Below are positions 21,401-30,000 of a stretch of 64,000 nucleotides of DNA, piece after piece. The stretch's first letter is position 1. Every line of letters begins with the position of its first letter. Where the stretch lies: positions 795-64,794 of the forward strand of contig CALXNM010000004.1 of NCBI GenBank assembly GCA_944389745.1, in the 5' to 3' direction. The notes beneath the pieces were generated by a model. The model made no database searches, was not told where the DNA came from, and saw only the letters and a list, made by a program, of their open reading frames with translations. A program made the position numbers and the translations under genes. This stretch comes from an uncultured Clostridia bacterium (GTDB taxonomy: Bacteria > Bacillota > Clostridia > TANB77 > CAG-508).

Positions 21401-24400
21401 TCTTGAACTTGTTCATCATTTTTGTAGATTCTTATGTAATAGTCATTAGTGATTATTTCATTTCTTGCATCAATCACTGTTACTAATACATTTACGTTAT
21501 AATCATATTTAAATTCTTCGTAATCTGTTTTTCTATTGCCAAGTTCTGCTTGTAAATCTTGTATTTCTACTTTTGTACTATCTGTTACAACCCTAAATCC
21601 TATATATCCTGTTTTACTCAATGTTGTTGTATAACTATATTCTTTCCAATCATTACTTAAATCATTTATCGTATAATATGTTGTATAACTAGTGTTATTA
21701 AAATCCTCATTATCTTTTTCTATAATTTGAATATTGGTATTATAACTTGTTTTAGCTTTAAAACTTATTGTTATTTCTTGTCCTAAATATTTACTTAAGT
21801 CATAGTATGTACAACTTCTATCACTTGTTAAACCTTTTAGAGTTAAAATTTTTGTATTTTCATTATAATTTAAAACATATTCGTAACTTGTATTAAAACA
21901 TCTTTCGTACCAATTTACCTTAGATGATACATCAATTAAGTTTTTACCTGTTGGTGTCTTTTCTAATCCTATTAAGTCTAAGTTACCACTTATACCAGTT
22001 TCTGTTACTATTTTTATTTCTTTTAATATATAATCTGCCTCGTATGTTGCATCTGTACTTCCTATGTTGTATTGCGGTACATATACTATTATTCTATATG
22101 TTTCATTTGGTGTTAGGTCTTCGTATGTTTTTCTTTCATATTCTGCATTTGTTGGCATTTCACTTAAATCTATTAATTTATTGTCCTTATCTCTTACTTC
22201 TATTCTTACTTGATTTGTTAATACTGCATTATCTATATCTTCTATTCTTATGTCTAAGTCTATCATTGTTCCTATTACAAATTGGTTTCTTACTTGTACT
22301 TCTGCTGGCATTTTTAGTGTTATTATCTGTTCTAGATTTTGTTTATCTTCTACTACTGTTTCTATCGAGCCTTGTTTTACTGTAGTTATTACATCTATTC
22401 TGTATATTGTGTTTGAATTTAATTGGTCTAAGTTTAATTCTATTTCTTCGGATACTTTTAATTGTTCTACTTGTTCATCTGTTAATGTTATTCTTTTTAT
22501 TTCTGTTTCTTCTGGCTCTTCTCCTTCATCATACTCTATATTTTTTCCTTGGTCATAAATTACGACTTCTACTTTATTTAGAATAGCTACTAGTCTTGCA
22601 TCTGTTTGATTTGTATCTATACTTATTCCAAGTTGTATACTATCTTGTTTTACTTCTTTATCATCTATATGTACTTGCATGTATCCTAGTGAAGCTAATG
22701 GTCTTGTTACAAAACTTCCTCTTCCTAGTTCTGCATTTTGTTGTTTTCCATCTCCATTTTCTAGATTGTAATCTCCATAAATTATGATTTGGTAGTATCC
22801 ATTCGGATCAAGGTCATTGAATGTTAATTTCTCTTTTTCATTGCTTTTGTTTAAAGTACCTTGCTTTACTACATCTCCACTTTGGTTTGTTATTTCATAT
22901 CTATAATTTTCTAGTTTTACATTGTCCTTGTTTGTTAAAGTAATTTCAAGGTCTACTTCTGTAACATCTTGTTTTGTTACTCTTATACTTGCACTTGGTG
23001 CTTGTTTTGATGTTATTGTTTCTCCTGTGTTGTTTTTTTCTTTTAACTCGTTGCCGTATCTATCAAATGCTGTGATTTCGTATTTTATTTTGCTGTTTGA
23101 TGTTAGGTTTTCGCTTGTTTGGAAGGTTATTTCTTTTCCAGCTTTTAATTCGTCTATCTGGTCATTTGTTAGTCTATATGCTGCATCTCCTATCTCTACT
23201 TGTAACCTTGAAATTCCTTTTATTACTTCTTCATTTAAATCATTGTTTAGTTTTAGGTTTATTAGTTCTATTTTGTTTGAATATATTTCTCCATTTTGGA
23301 AACTAAAGTCTATTGTTCCTAATGCACTTATTGGTTTTGTTTTTACTGTTCCGTTGTAGAATTCTTCTTCTTTCTCTACACCGTCTTCATCATAGTAGTA
23401 AAATACTCCTCTTATCTCAAACTCTGTATCTGGTTGTAGGTTTGTTATTTCTATGTTTCCTGTTTGTGTTGCTAGTGCTCTTCTATTTAATCTTCCGTCT
23501 AAATATATTTCAAATATTACTCCTCTTGATATTACACCTGCTCTATCTGTTACTGATAGATTTGTGCTTATTGTATATACACCTGATTCAAAATCTGTAC
23601 AGCTTACTGTTGGTTTCTCCCACATACCCTCTTGCCACTCTTGTTCTTCTGGTTCAGTTGTTTCTATTTTATTTGTGTTGCTTTCATTATTTTCTTTATG
23701 CGTATTGTTTTCTTCTGAAGTTGTGTTCTCTGCTATTTCGTTTGTTTCATTTACTACTTCTTCTTTATTATTATTTTCTTCAACTTGAATAATCCCTAGT
23801 CTCTCTAAGAATGTCTTATATATTAATTCTTCTTCATTAACTTCTATCTTAGAATCCATGTCTATATCGTTTATTCTTTTATACTGCATATACCAAATTT
23901 GCACATCAGTGTCGTCTTGCATCTCATAATATGCTATATAATCTTCTGTAAAGTATATATTACTGAATTCTTTTATTTCATAGCTGTTTGATGCTGTATT
24001 TATTTTTATTTTTCCTACGTTTGTATAAATTTCATCTTCACTTTTTAAGAATATGTACTTGTTTCCATCTGCTCTTGTTATATCCGCTCCGTTATACATT
24101 ACTCCATCTGTCATCATGAAGTCCGGGTACCCTTCTACTTCTTCATAATTTACTGTTATTAATCTAGTAGTTGGTCCGATGTTTAGCAAAGCGTTTCCCT
24201 CATTTATGTATATTGGATAGTTTATATCTATTTCTTTTTTATCATCTTCTCCAATGTAATATGAATTTAATCTTTTATATAATAAGTCATTTTCGTGCAC
24301 TTCAACTAAGTCTAAGTATGGATTTACATTAGACACATCGCTATTTTTTAGGTTCTCTACCATTGATTTACCTTCTACTGCATATCCACTATATGTTATT

Positions 24401-24588
24401 ATCATTTCTGGTGCATATCTTAAAAACACATAATATATAATAGCTATTATGATTAACATTATAATTAAACCTATTAAAATAAATGTAGGTAAATTTTTGG
24501 TATTTATTCTCTTAGTTTTATTATTTAGTCCTTTATTTAATTTTCTATTTTGTTTTGCCTCATTATTTCTAATTTGTCTCTTTTTCAC
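15436..24588 (-). CDS. Giant surface protein paralog 1 (3050 aa): N-terminal signal-anchor, Ig-like repeats, three GLUG-like repeat blocks, C-terminal TM plus basic tail
   Basis: An uninterrupted 9.15-kb ORF. TM helix LPTFILIGLIIMLIIIAIIYYVFL. Many G-G-[LIV]-[LIVF]-G repeats (YIGGLVGY, YIGGIIGY, NVGGIFGY, AGGLIGD). C-terminus ANGAVIVISIIAVAVIALVVLRKIIIKNNKKEKNK. GTG start after GAGGT. Confidence 0.9.
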   Translation of the reverse strand: MKKRQIRNNEAKQNRKLNKGLNNKTKRINTKNLPTFILIGLIIMLIIIAIIYYVFLRYAPEMIITYSGYAVEGKSMVENLKNSDVSNVNPYLDLVEVHENDLLYKRLNSYYIGEDDKKEIDINYPIYINEGNALLNIGPTTRLITVNYEEVEGYPDFMMTDGVMYNGADITRADGNKYIFLKSEDEIYTNVGKIKINTASNSYEIKEFSNIYFTEDYIAYYEMQDDTDVQIWYMQYKRINDIDMDSKIEVNEEELIYKTFLERLGIIQVEENNNKEEVVNETNEIAENTTSEENNTHKENNESNTNKIETTEPEEQEWQEGMWEKPTVSCTDFESGVYTISTNLSVTDRAGVISRGVIFEIYLDGRLNRRALATQTGNIEITNLQPDTEFEIRGVFYYYDEDGVEKEEEFYNGTVKTKPISALGTIDFSFQNGEIYSNKIELINLKLNNDLNEEVIKGISRLQVEIGDAAYRLTNDQIDELKAGKEITFQTSENLTSNSKIKYEITAFDRYGNELKEKNNTGETITSKQAPSASIRVTKQDVTEVDLEITLTNKDNVKLENYRYEITNQSGDVVKQGTLNKSNEKEKLTFNDLDPNGYYQIIIYGDYNLENGDGKQQNAELGRGSFVTRPLASLGYMQVHIDDKEVKQDSIQLGISIDTNQTDARLVAILNKVEVVIYDQGKNIEYDEGEEPEETEIKRITLTDEQVEQLKVSEEIELNLDQLNSNTIYRIDVITTVKQGSIETVVEDKQNLEQIITLKMPAEVQVRNQFVIGTMIDLDIRIEDIDNAVLTNQVRIEVRDKDNKLIDLSEMPTNAEYERKTYEDLTPNETYRIIVYVPQYNIGSTDATYEADYILKEIKIVTETGISGNLDLIGLEKTPTGKNLIDVSSKVNWYERCFNTSYEYVLNYNENTKILTLKGLTSDRSCTYYDLSKYLGQEITISFKAKTSYNTNIQIIEKDNEDFNNTSYTTYYTINDLSNDWKEYSYTTTLSKTGYIGFRVVTDSTKVEIQDLQAELGNRKTDYEEFKYDYNVNVLVTVIDARNEIITNDYYIRIYKNDEQVQEIRYEEIGESNIVENVQKTYNLEPDANYRIELLVKISDRYYGLDSQEFSTEGGKEIKGIRNLNDFLKIQPYGEYIVLNDIDLSGVSGTQYRFGYYGLPFEGRIDFNGKTLKRDLSNNSQIFHRIGNKGALENLIFDLKINNSVATILHGGLTLENYGTLKNVQLNLIETNQNENTDFWLLAYNNYGFIENFVINLKDAYSISGMNYQNYGTIRNGYMLESGNASGVVRMTQYNTGNGIIENMFTIININYINGSNQVSNLVYTNDGNATIQNVYSIEEKPKDNLDYGPNIQNKNSKKIYNNYYFSDAIYTDELEIKGNKLSLWDVVYQNQLINGNKAFIVDELVNGGYYPQVYMPDVMPAQEYIELPEVEDADLPDILSTRVLEQGTDTVKVQFSVNNPSAEQISEIKIANLDVEILSQEYSNGKSTVIAELKNPVIRVSSYDVQSITVKGAFGSSYTRPYDAGERVINVDLYKEIWNVNDWKAINDSPTENYMLMSDLNFINEGNTINLPNINGIINGNGHTISNINMNSDIGFIGNLYGTLNNLFITNFNQEVTSNGGLITHAQNGSTIDNVHMSNVTITKTGNWGAGAILHDSVYSTLKNCSANNVKITVSGNLSNVIIGGLVGQIANTTIENCYVKRLYINDTKGVSSGIGGIAGLGDNSNKIRNCYAEGQINSVNLNVGGIIGAIGTANIENCYSKVNISTTNSNVGGIIGLYSGSRLESITNNLSIGNIYTTSGLDILNRTIGNNSDTVSNNYAYEKQLLNGYENNEEKGATLLNEEEVLSLDLGDNYNYDGKGEGILPKLYNIEGTELLPNQEDIYVDENKEIDNIDLVIESLEAIKPNTTEAEITIRINNPEEVEITNIEIEDMIVAGITRNVTQNGITSITVRVTPTRYYDSYKLTGIKYKMENEEEEQIKEVENEIPVQFYKEIYTYEDWQSIEEDTYQNYRLMADIDFAGKTNIKNNINVNRLEAENKVYTLKNMELSYSTANTGLINNVKTSIKNIGFENITLTNTAGSGNYFGVIASNNGDVENLRFNKVTIEANGISYMGMIGGMTSGKIYDVNLYSITINGQGYIGGLVGYISIPISTYIHNINGNDITINGRSNYIGGIIGYQFGSHFNMENLYIENSNIVGNNYVAGILGGSQYGSFLDFKAFNTEVDGHTNVGGIFGYVNAYEGSSNRKNIEVQLCRISGAFSTGGIAGLLNGGVNSEWAVYDTEVTSANANSQGTGGLIGGVSWTSLWDFQVDGVVVDSNGVNAGGVVGYNVGDGRSSLYQGYIAKSVIRGASNCGGVYGFSSWGRVGQLSINVKVSADVSSAGGVFGGINNTGMTSLTKTVSVQDSMVIDSSITAPTKAGGLIGDITAAIYREQPLYNNNYIEADVISDNTSTSSLIIGGRPDENDYITNTYVYRYSTLNGNYVYATNDNIDDEQYLVRSDLEKQNTYSSKIGLGTTYWNYASLSEGKYPKNPFLYLPELQTGVDLPTDPEITELNSLSVDDENDDNANGTRNNTNNLADANGISTQRLESLPSYKVYPTKVDEINIDFSDIPEGVSFTYYVNGEEKEKVDLTKKTYTFKYNYQDTLEIKLTNGQDNETITITPDEVRSEASLVGSNNAYLLGTSLYINGEGQLGDYVNVYDGYALSSSGQIVDIATKQTVTNAEDSTNEKSTEAVTTTLQQTTTPLHTYSYNGNIIETYGTYSTVNDNIKSQIYNVRNDELSAIASNVDMKIGNSIVDNYNNKEYQTILNSAGELVDLKEMLQYPDNFLSSNINQIVQNTDVEKPEMMVLYNTGKVIVFNYVTGNVIYENDEKADEGLVNYLTRSFANIWNDYEDKQQEYQKSKELEEKLAKLPVEEAMQGASNNGISTNNTDNLSGNSSSENVNSNTNTSTTADNSYITVYNADTGEYEVYSEDEILNGEEETPVSETTKIKENGLESVYNYETNEESKPQANGAVIVISIIAVAVIALVVLRKIIIKNNKKEKNK

Positions 24589-24681
24589 TATACCTCAAAT
24601 CCTTTCTGCTTTTGATTTTCTATAAACTTTTCTCTAAAGTATTTAATAGTTTCTAATTGACTTTTATGAGTTTTCACACGC

Positions 24682-24747
24682 AAAAAGAATAGACCATATC
24701 ACCATAAATGTTTCTTTTAAAAACATTTACAATAATACAGTCTATCC
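24682..24747 (-). terminator. Leader terminator L0: 27-bp hairpin plus U-tract upstream of giant gene 1
   Basis: On the minus strand: GGATAGACTGTATTATTGTAAATGTTT, loop TTAAAAG, AAACATTTATGGTGATATGGTCTATTC, then TTTTTG. All 27 positions pair when G-U wobbles are allowed. Confidence 0.7.
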
Positions 24748-24822
24748 CTGTAGTTACTTTATCTATATATTTTGAAATTTGAGGCATGCTTAATAGAATT
24801 CTTCTTGCGAAGAATCTGTTAT

Positions 24823-24888
24823 CTAATAGTGTGCCCTCTCTCTCTCTCTCTCTCTCTCTAGAGCCATGCGGTTTTCAAGCTTCATCAT
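24823..24888 (-). CDS. Leader uORF0 (21 aa, MMKLENRMALERERERERAHY) containing the (AG)12 tract
   Basis: An AAGGAG RBS lies upstream of ATGATG. In the assembled repeat length the frame stops at a TAG about 75 nt before the L0 hairpin. Confidence 0.35.
   Translation of the reverse strand: MMKLENRMALERERERERAHY
24836..24859 (-). repeat. Dinucleotide SSR: (CT)12 on the plus strand, (AG)12 in the transcript sense
   Basis: Direct count of the tract. Confidence 0.95.
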
Positions 24889-25065
24889 TTCTTTCTAGTC
24901 TCCTTTTCTTCTTTTTCCTTGTTTTTCAAGCATTTTCACTTGTTTTTATGTGTTAATTCGAATTTTGATTTTTCTATTTCTAATTTTGTTTTCTTTTTAT
25001 TTTTTATTTCATTTTGTATTATTTTTTACTTAATAATCCATCCACTTTTTTCTAACTTTTAAACG

Positions 25066-25132
25066 CAAAAAAGGATAGGCTATATTGCCATAAGCGTTTT
25101 GTTACAAACATTTACAGCAATACAGTCTATCC
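25066..25132 (-). terminator. Leader terminator L1 (homologous long hairpin plus U-tract)
   Basis: GGATAGACTGTATTGCTGTAAATGTTT...AAACGCTTATGGCAATATAGCCTATCC, then TTTTTG. There are two mismatches in about 27 bp. Confidence 0.65.
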
Positions 25133-25304
25133 CTGCAATTACTTTATTTATATATTCAATTCCAGCCACGCTTAATAAGATTCTTCTTGCGAAGAATCTA
25201 TTGCTTAATAGTGTACATATTCTTTTCCAGTTCTTTTGGTAGGAACATAGTGTGTGTGTGTGTGTGTGTGTGTGTACAGTACCAAGGCTTTCAGGCTTTA
25301 TCAT
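25080..25304 (-). CDS. Leader uORF1 (74 codons) containing (AC)13; it reads through into the 3' arm of terminator L1
   Basis: AAGGAG lies 9 nt upstream of the ATG. It translates MIKPESLGTVHTHTHTHTLCSYQKNWKRICTLLSNRFFARRILL.... The TAG stop at 25080-25082 lies inside the hairpin 3' arm. Confidence 0.4.
   Translation of the reverse strand: MIKPESLGTVHTHTHTHTLCSYQKNWKRICTLLSNRFFARRILLSVAGIEYINKVIAGIDCIAVNVCNKTLMAI
25250..25275 (-). repeat. Dinucleotide SSR: (GT)13 on the plus strand, (AC)13 in the transcript sense
   Basis: Direct count of the tract. Confidence 0.95.
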
Positions 25305-25374
25305 TTTTTTAGTCTCCTTCTTTTTATCTCAGACAACTACAGTTTAAGGTTTATTTACTCAAACTGATATTTTC

Positions 25375-25402
25375 ATTATAACATAACTATTTAAAATTGA
25401 AA
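25375..25402 (-). promoter_or_regulatory. Leader promoter P-L1
   Basis: On the minus strand: TTTCAA, a 16-nt spacer, then TGTTATAAT (extended -10). The same -10 occurs in L2 and L3. Confidence 0.55.
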
Positions 25403-25465
25403 TACTATTTCATAATTTTTTTATATTTTTTTTGTATTTGCAATTTTAAATTATGTTAATTAGTC

Positions 25466-25494
25466 GTGCCAAAGTGGTCTGTCCCCATTGGCAT
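25466..25494. repeat. REP-like palindromic element, copy 2 (degenerate)
   Basis: GTGCCAAAGTGGTCTGTCCCCATTGGCAT lies 3' of the ATPase gene. Confidence 0.5.
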
Positions 25495-25510
25495 CATTAG
25501 CACATATAAA

Positions 25511-26830
25511 TTATTTTATCTCTTTAATATAATTTTCTGTATTCCATATTGCATATAACGGAATATTTAATATTTTATCGTCCAATTTTATATTAAGTAA
25601 TGAATATCGTATCGCTAATTTTGGATTATATTCTTTCATATAAACTTTTAAGCTTTGTGCTTTCACATTGATTCCTGCTTTTGCTTCAACTGGTATTATT
25701 AGATTTTTATATGCATATACGAAATCTATTTCACTCTTAAAGTCGTTTGACCAATAATATATTGTATTTATCTTTTTTATATTGCTTAATTCTTGAAGTA
25801 CAAATTGTTCTGTAAGTAAGCCGTTGAATTCGCTATATATAGCATCTTTTTCAATTATTGTTTCGTATGGTAATTCGCATAATACCCTTAGCAATCCTAC
25901 ATCTAACAAATAAATTTTAAATGCTTTTAAATCTTCATACGCTTTTAGTGGTTGTTTATCTCCACATTTTACTCTATTTACTAACCTTATTAATCCAGTA
26001 TCTTTTAACCAATTAATTGAATTTTCGTATTCTCTTGCTCTTGCTCCATCTTTTACAACTCCATATACAAATTTTCTATTTTCTTTTGCTAGTTGTGATG
26101 GTATACTATTCCATACATATTGTATTTTTGTTGCTGTACTGCTATCTGTATGTTTTGAAAAATCTCTTTCGTAAGCTTCCAATATTCCCTTCTGCACTCT
26201 TTCAACTGATTCAAAATCCTTTTCAGATAACCAAGTTCTTACTGCTCTTGGCATTCCACCTATAACAAAATATTTTTTTAGGTAATCTTTTAATTTGTCT
26301 GTTATTATATCTGGTAATTGTTCCAATTTGTTGCTTTTTATTATATTTATTAATTCTTGTTCATCGTTAGCAATTAAAAATTCTTCAAAATCTAATGGCT
26401 GTAGCTCTAAAAAATCTACTTTTCCTACTGGAAACGAAACTTTATCATGAAGAAATACCCCCAGTAAACTTCCTGCACAACAGATAACATATTCTGGTGC
26501 TTCTTCGGCAAAATATTTTAAAGATGTAAGTGCTCTTGGTAATTCTTGTATCTCATCAAATATTATTAATGTTTTTTCTGGTTCAATTTTCTTATGATGT
26601 ACAGCTGATAAGTATTCTATAATTCTCTTTGGTTCTATATTTCCTTCAAATAAATTGTTGATATTTCCCGCATTTTCAAAATTTATATATAATACATCAT
26701 CAAAACATTCTTTTCCAAATTCTTGTAGAATCCATGTTTTGCCAACTTGTCTTGCTCCTTTTAGAATTAGAGGTAATCTATCTTTCTTATCTTTCCATTC
26801 TTTTAACTCTGATATAAGTTTTCTATACAT
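25511..26830 (-). CDS. AAA+ ATPase, COG1373-like (AAA domain plus DUF4143-like C-terminal region)
   Basis: Walker A (KGARQVGKT) and Walker B (LIIFDEIQ). The likely start is the ATG at 26830 (MYRKLISELKEW), 11 nt after AGGAG; the track start at 26851 is a TTG extension. Confidence 0.6.
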   Translation of the reverse strand: MYRKLISELKEWKDKKDRLPLILKGARQVGKTWILQEFGKECFDDVLYINFENAGNINNLFEGNIEPKRIIEYLSAVHHKKIEPEKTLIIFDEIQELPRALTSLKYFAEEAPEYVICCAGSLLGVFLHDKVSFPVGKVDFLELQPLDFEEFLIANDEQELINIIKSNKLEQLPDIITDKLKDYLKKYFVIGGMPRAVRTWLSEKDFESVERVQKGILEAYERDFSKHTDSSTATKIQYVWNSIPSQLAKENRKFVYGVVKDGARAREYENSINWLKDTGLIRLVNRVKCGDKQPLKAYEDLKAFKIYLLDVGLLRVLCELPYETIIEKDAIYSEFNGLLTEQFVLQELSNIKKINTIYYWSNDFKSEIDFVYAYKNLIIPVEAKAGINVKAQSLKVYMKEYNPKLAIRYSLLNIKLDDKILNIPLYAIWNTENYIKEIK

Positions 26831-26872
26831 ATTATTATCAACTCCTAACAATTTTTATAGAAATTTATTAAA

Positions 26873-26953
26873 ATCACATTTTCTTGACCAATCTAGGTAT
26901 ATTGTATCACATTTTCTTGACCAATACAAGAAATTTTGTACTATGTCAAGAAA
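26873..26953 (-). promoter_or_regulatory. Operator-like repeats overlapping the ATPase promoter
   Basis: The 20-bp direct repeat atcacattttcttgaccaat occurs at 26873-26892 and 26906-26925. An inverted partial copy, gtcaagaaa, is at 26945-26953. On the minus strand, TTGTAT, 17 nt, then TACAAT lies between them. Confidence 0.4.
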
Positions 26954-27010
26954 GTAGACACGAAAAAAATTATTTTTTATTTTGTATTTTTTTAAGTGGA
27001 CACAGAAAAC

Positions 27011-27051
27011 GGACCTAAATTGTTAAATTATTTATCTAACAATTCAGGTCC
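27011..27051 (-). terminator. Terminator after giant gene 2
   Basis: The ggacctgaattgtta...taacaatttaggtcc hairpin is followed by GTTTTCTG on the minus strand. Confidence 0.55.
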
Positions 27052-27098
27052 AATATTATTTTATTTTTTTTATAATTTTTTATATTTGCGATTTCAAA

Positions 27099-30000
27099 TT
27101 ATGCTTTTCTTTTATGCTGTTTTTCCTTTGTGTTATTTTTCTTGCTGTTTTTATATACCACTTTTCTTAAAACAACTAATGCTATTATGGCAACTGCAAT
27201 TATTGAAACAACTATTATTGCACCATTGGCTTGTGGTTTTTCTTCGTTTGTATCATAGTTGTAAACGCTTTCTAGTCCATTTTGTTTTATCTTTTCTGTT
27301 TCTGATACTGGATTTTCATCTTCTCCATTTAGTATTTCATCTTCACTGTATACTTCATATTCTCCTGTATCCGCATTGTACACTGTAATGTAGTTGTTGT
27401 CTGAAATTGTATTACTTATGTTATTGTTAGCTGTTGAGTTTGTGTCTGTATTAGCATTAGCTAAAATATTGTCACTGTTGTTCAAAATAGTATTAGTTGC
27501 ACTTGAAGTGCCAGCTTCATTTTTATTGTTTTCTTGCATTGCTTCTTCAACTGGTAATTTAGCAAGTTTTGCTTCTAATTCTTTACTCTTTGCATATTCT
27601 TGCCCCCTATCTTCATAGTCATTCCATATATTAGAAAAACTTCTTGTTAAATAACTTACTAATCCTTCATCTGCTTTTTCTTCATTTTCATATATAACAT
27701 TTCCAGTTACATAGTTGACCACAATTACCTTTCCAGTATTGTATAGCACCATCATTTCAGGCTTTTCTACATCTGTATTTTGAACTATTTGATTAATGTT
27801 GCTAGTTAAGAAGTTATTTGGATATTGTAGCATTTCTTTTAAGTCTACTAATTCTCCTGCACTGTTTAATATTGTTTGATACTCTTTATTGTTGTAATTA
27901 TCTACAATACTGTTTCCTATTTTAATATCTACATTATTTGCTATTGCTGAAAGTTGTCCGTTTCTTATGTTGTAAATTTGTAGTTTTACACTTCCGTCTA
28001 TCATACTGTATGTTCCATAAACTTCAATGGTACTACCTTTGTAATCGTATGTGTGAAGTGGTGTTGTTGTTTGTTGTAATGCAGTTGTAACCGTTTCTCC
28101 CGACGTTTTTTGAGTTGCAATATCCACAATTTGCCCATTACTATTTAATGCATAGCCTTCATATACATTTACATAGTTTCCTGGTTGTAGTTCTCCGTTT
28201 ATGTATAAATTTGTGCCAAGCAAGTATGCATTGTTTGCTCCAACCAAACTCGCCTCACTTCTTACAGCTTCTGGTTTTATCGTTATTGTTTCTTTATCTT
28301 GTCCGTTTGTTAGTTTTATTTCAAGTGTATCTTGGTAATTGTATTTGAATGTGTATGTTCTCTTTGCTAAATTATTAGTTGAACCCTCATCTAAATCATT
28401 ATCTAGGTCGATTGTTTCTTTTTCATCTCCGTTTACAAAGTATGTGAAACTTGCTCCTTCTGGAATATCACTAAAGTCTATATTTATCTCATCTACCTTT
28501 GTTGGATACACTTTATAACTTGGTAATGATTCTAAACTTTGTGTTGATATTCCATTTGCATCAGATAAGTTGTTTGTATTAGCTCCAGTTCCATTTGCAT
28601 TATCATCGTTTTCATCATCAACACTTAATGAATTTAACTCAGCAATTTCTGGATCTGTTGGTAGGTCAACTCCTGTTTGTAATTCAGGCTTATATTGATA
28701 TCTATCTGATATTATAGGATACTTTTCTCTTGATAATGAATTAAAGTTCCAATCTGATATAGTTAATCCAATCTTACTTAAATATGTATCTTGCCTATCT
28801 AAATCATTTCTTACTAAGTATTGATTATTTTCTATATTATCATTTGTACTATATACATGATTACCATTCAAAGTACTGTATTTATATACATATGTATTTG
28901 TTATATATCCATTTTCATCCTGTCTTCCACCTATTATTAGTGAGCCAGTAGAAGTATTTGTGCTTATTACATCTGCATCAATATAGTTGTCATAGTAGAA
29001 TGATTCTTCTCTATATATTTCGGTAGCAATATTTCCAATTAGTCCTCCCGATTTAGTTTGAGATTCAATTTCTGTGTCTAGCACCATGGATTCTACTATA
29101 TTTATTCTATATCTAGAAGCTGTCATATTAGAATTATCCATAAATCCTATTATTCCACCTGCATTACTACTTGCTTTTACTCCAGCATTTACAAACGCCC
29201 TAGTAACCCCTCCATATTTAGTCTCTCCTATAGCACCTCCAACATTCATATTGCCTTGAATTGTAGTATTACTTAAGGCACATCTATTCACAGCAATGCT
29301 CGTTACGCCAGAATCTTGCCCTCCAATAAATCCACCTACACCATTTCCATTACTTATTATTTGCGAATTCGAAACACGAGATTCCTCAACAACTGACCAA
29401 GAACCCGTTCCTATTATCCCACCTACACGTTCCGCATTTAATGAAGGTGTATTTATAATACAAGAATCCACAACACACTTAAACAAACAAAGACCAGTAT
29501 GACGTCCGGAAACACCACCAACTAATCTACTTCCTATTATATTGCAAAATTGTACTAATACGAATTGACAATAATCGGAATTGTAACCAGCAGCTATAGT
29601 CATTTGTCCAGAAACGCCACCAACTGATGAATTTCCTATTATATCAGTATTTTTCACTGTTATATTTGAAATATAACCTCTGTTAATCTCTCCAAAAATT
29701 CCACCTATATAATTTGTGCCACTTATATTAGAATCAACTATACTCAAATCACTTGTTTTTATTCCTATTCCAGCTTGATATCCTACAAACCCACCAATAT
29801 AATTTGATGTTCCTTTTATTGTTATATTTTTTCCCACTATATTTTTTTCTTCTCCTTCGCCATCTATTGATGCATATCCTACTAATCCACCAATAAAACC
29901 ATTTCCATTTATTGTTATATCTTCTAGTTCAATATTATTTATTGTTCCTGATGTCATTCCTCCAATCATTCCCAAATAATTCATTTCCTTTGCATTTATT

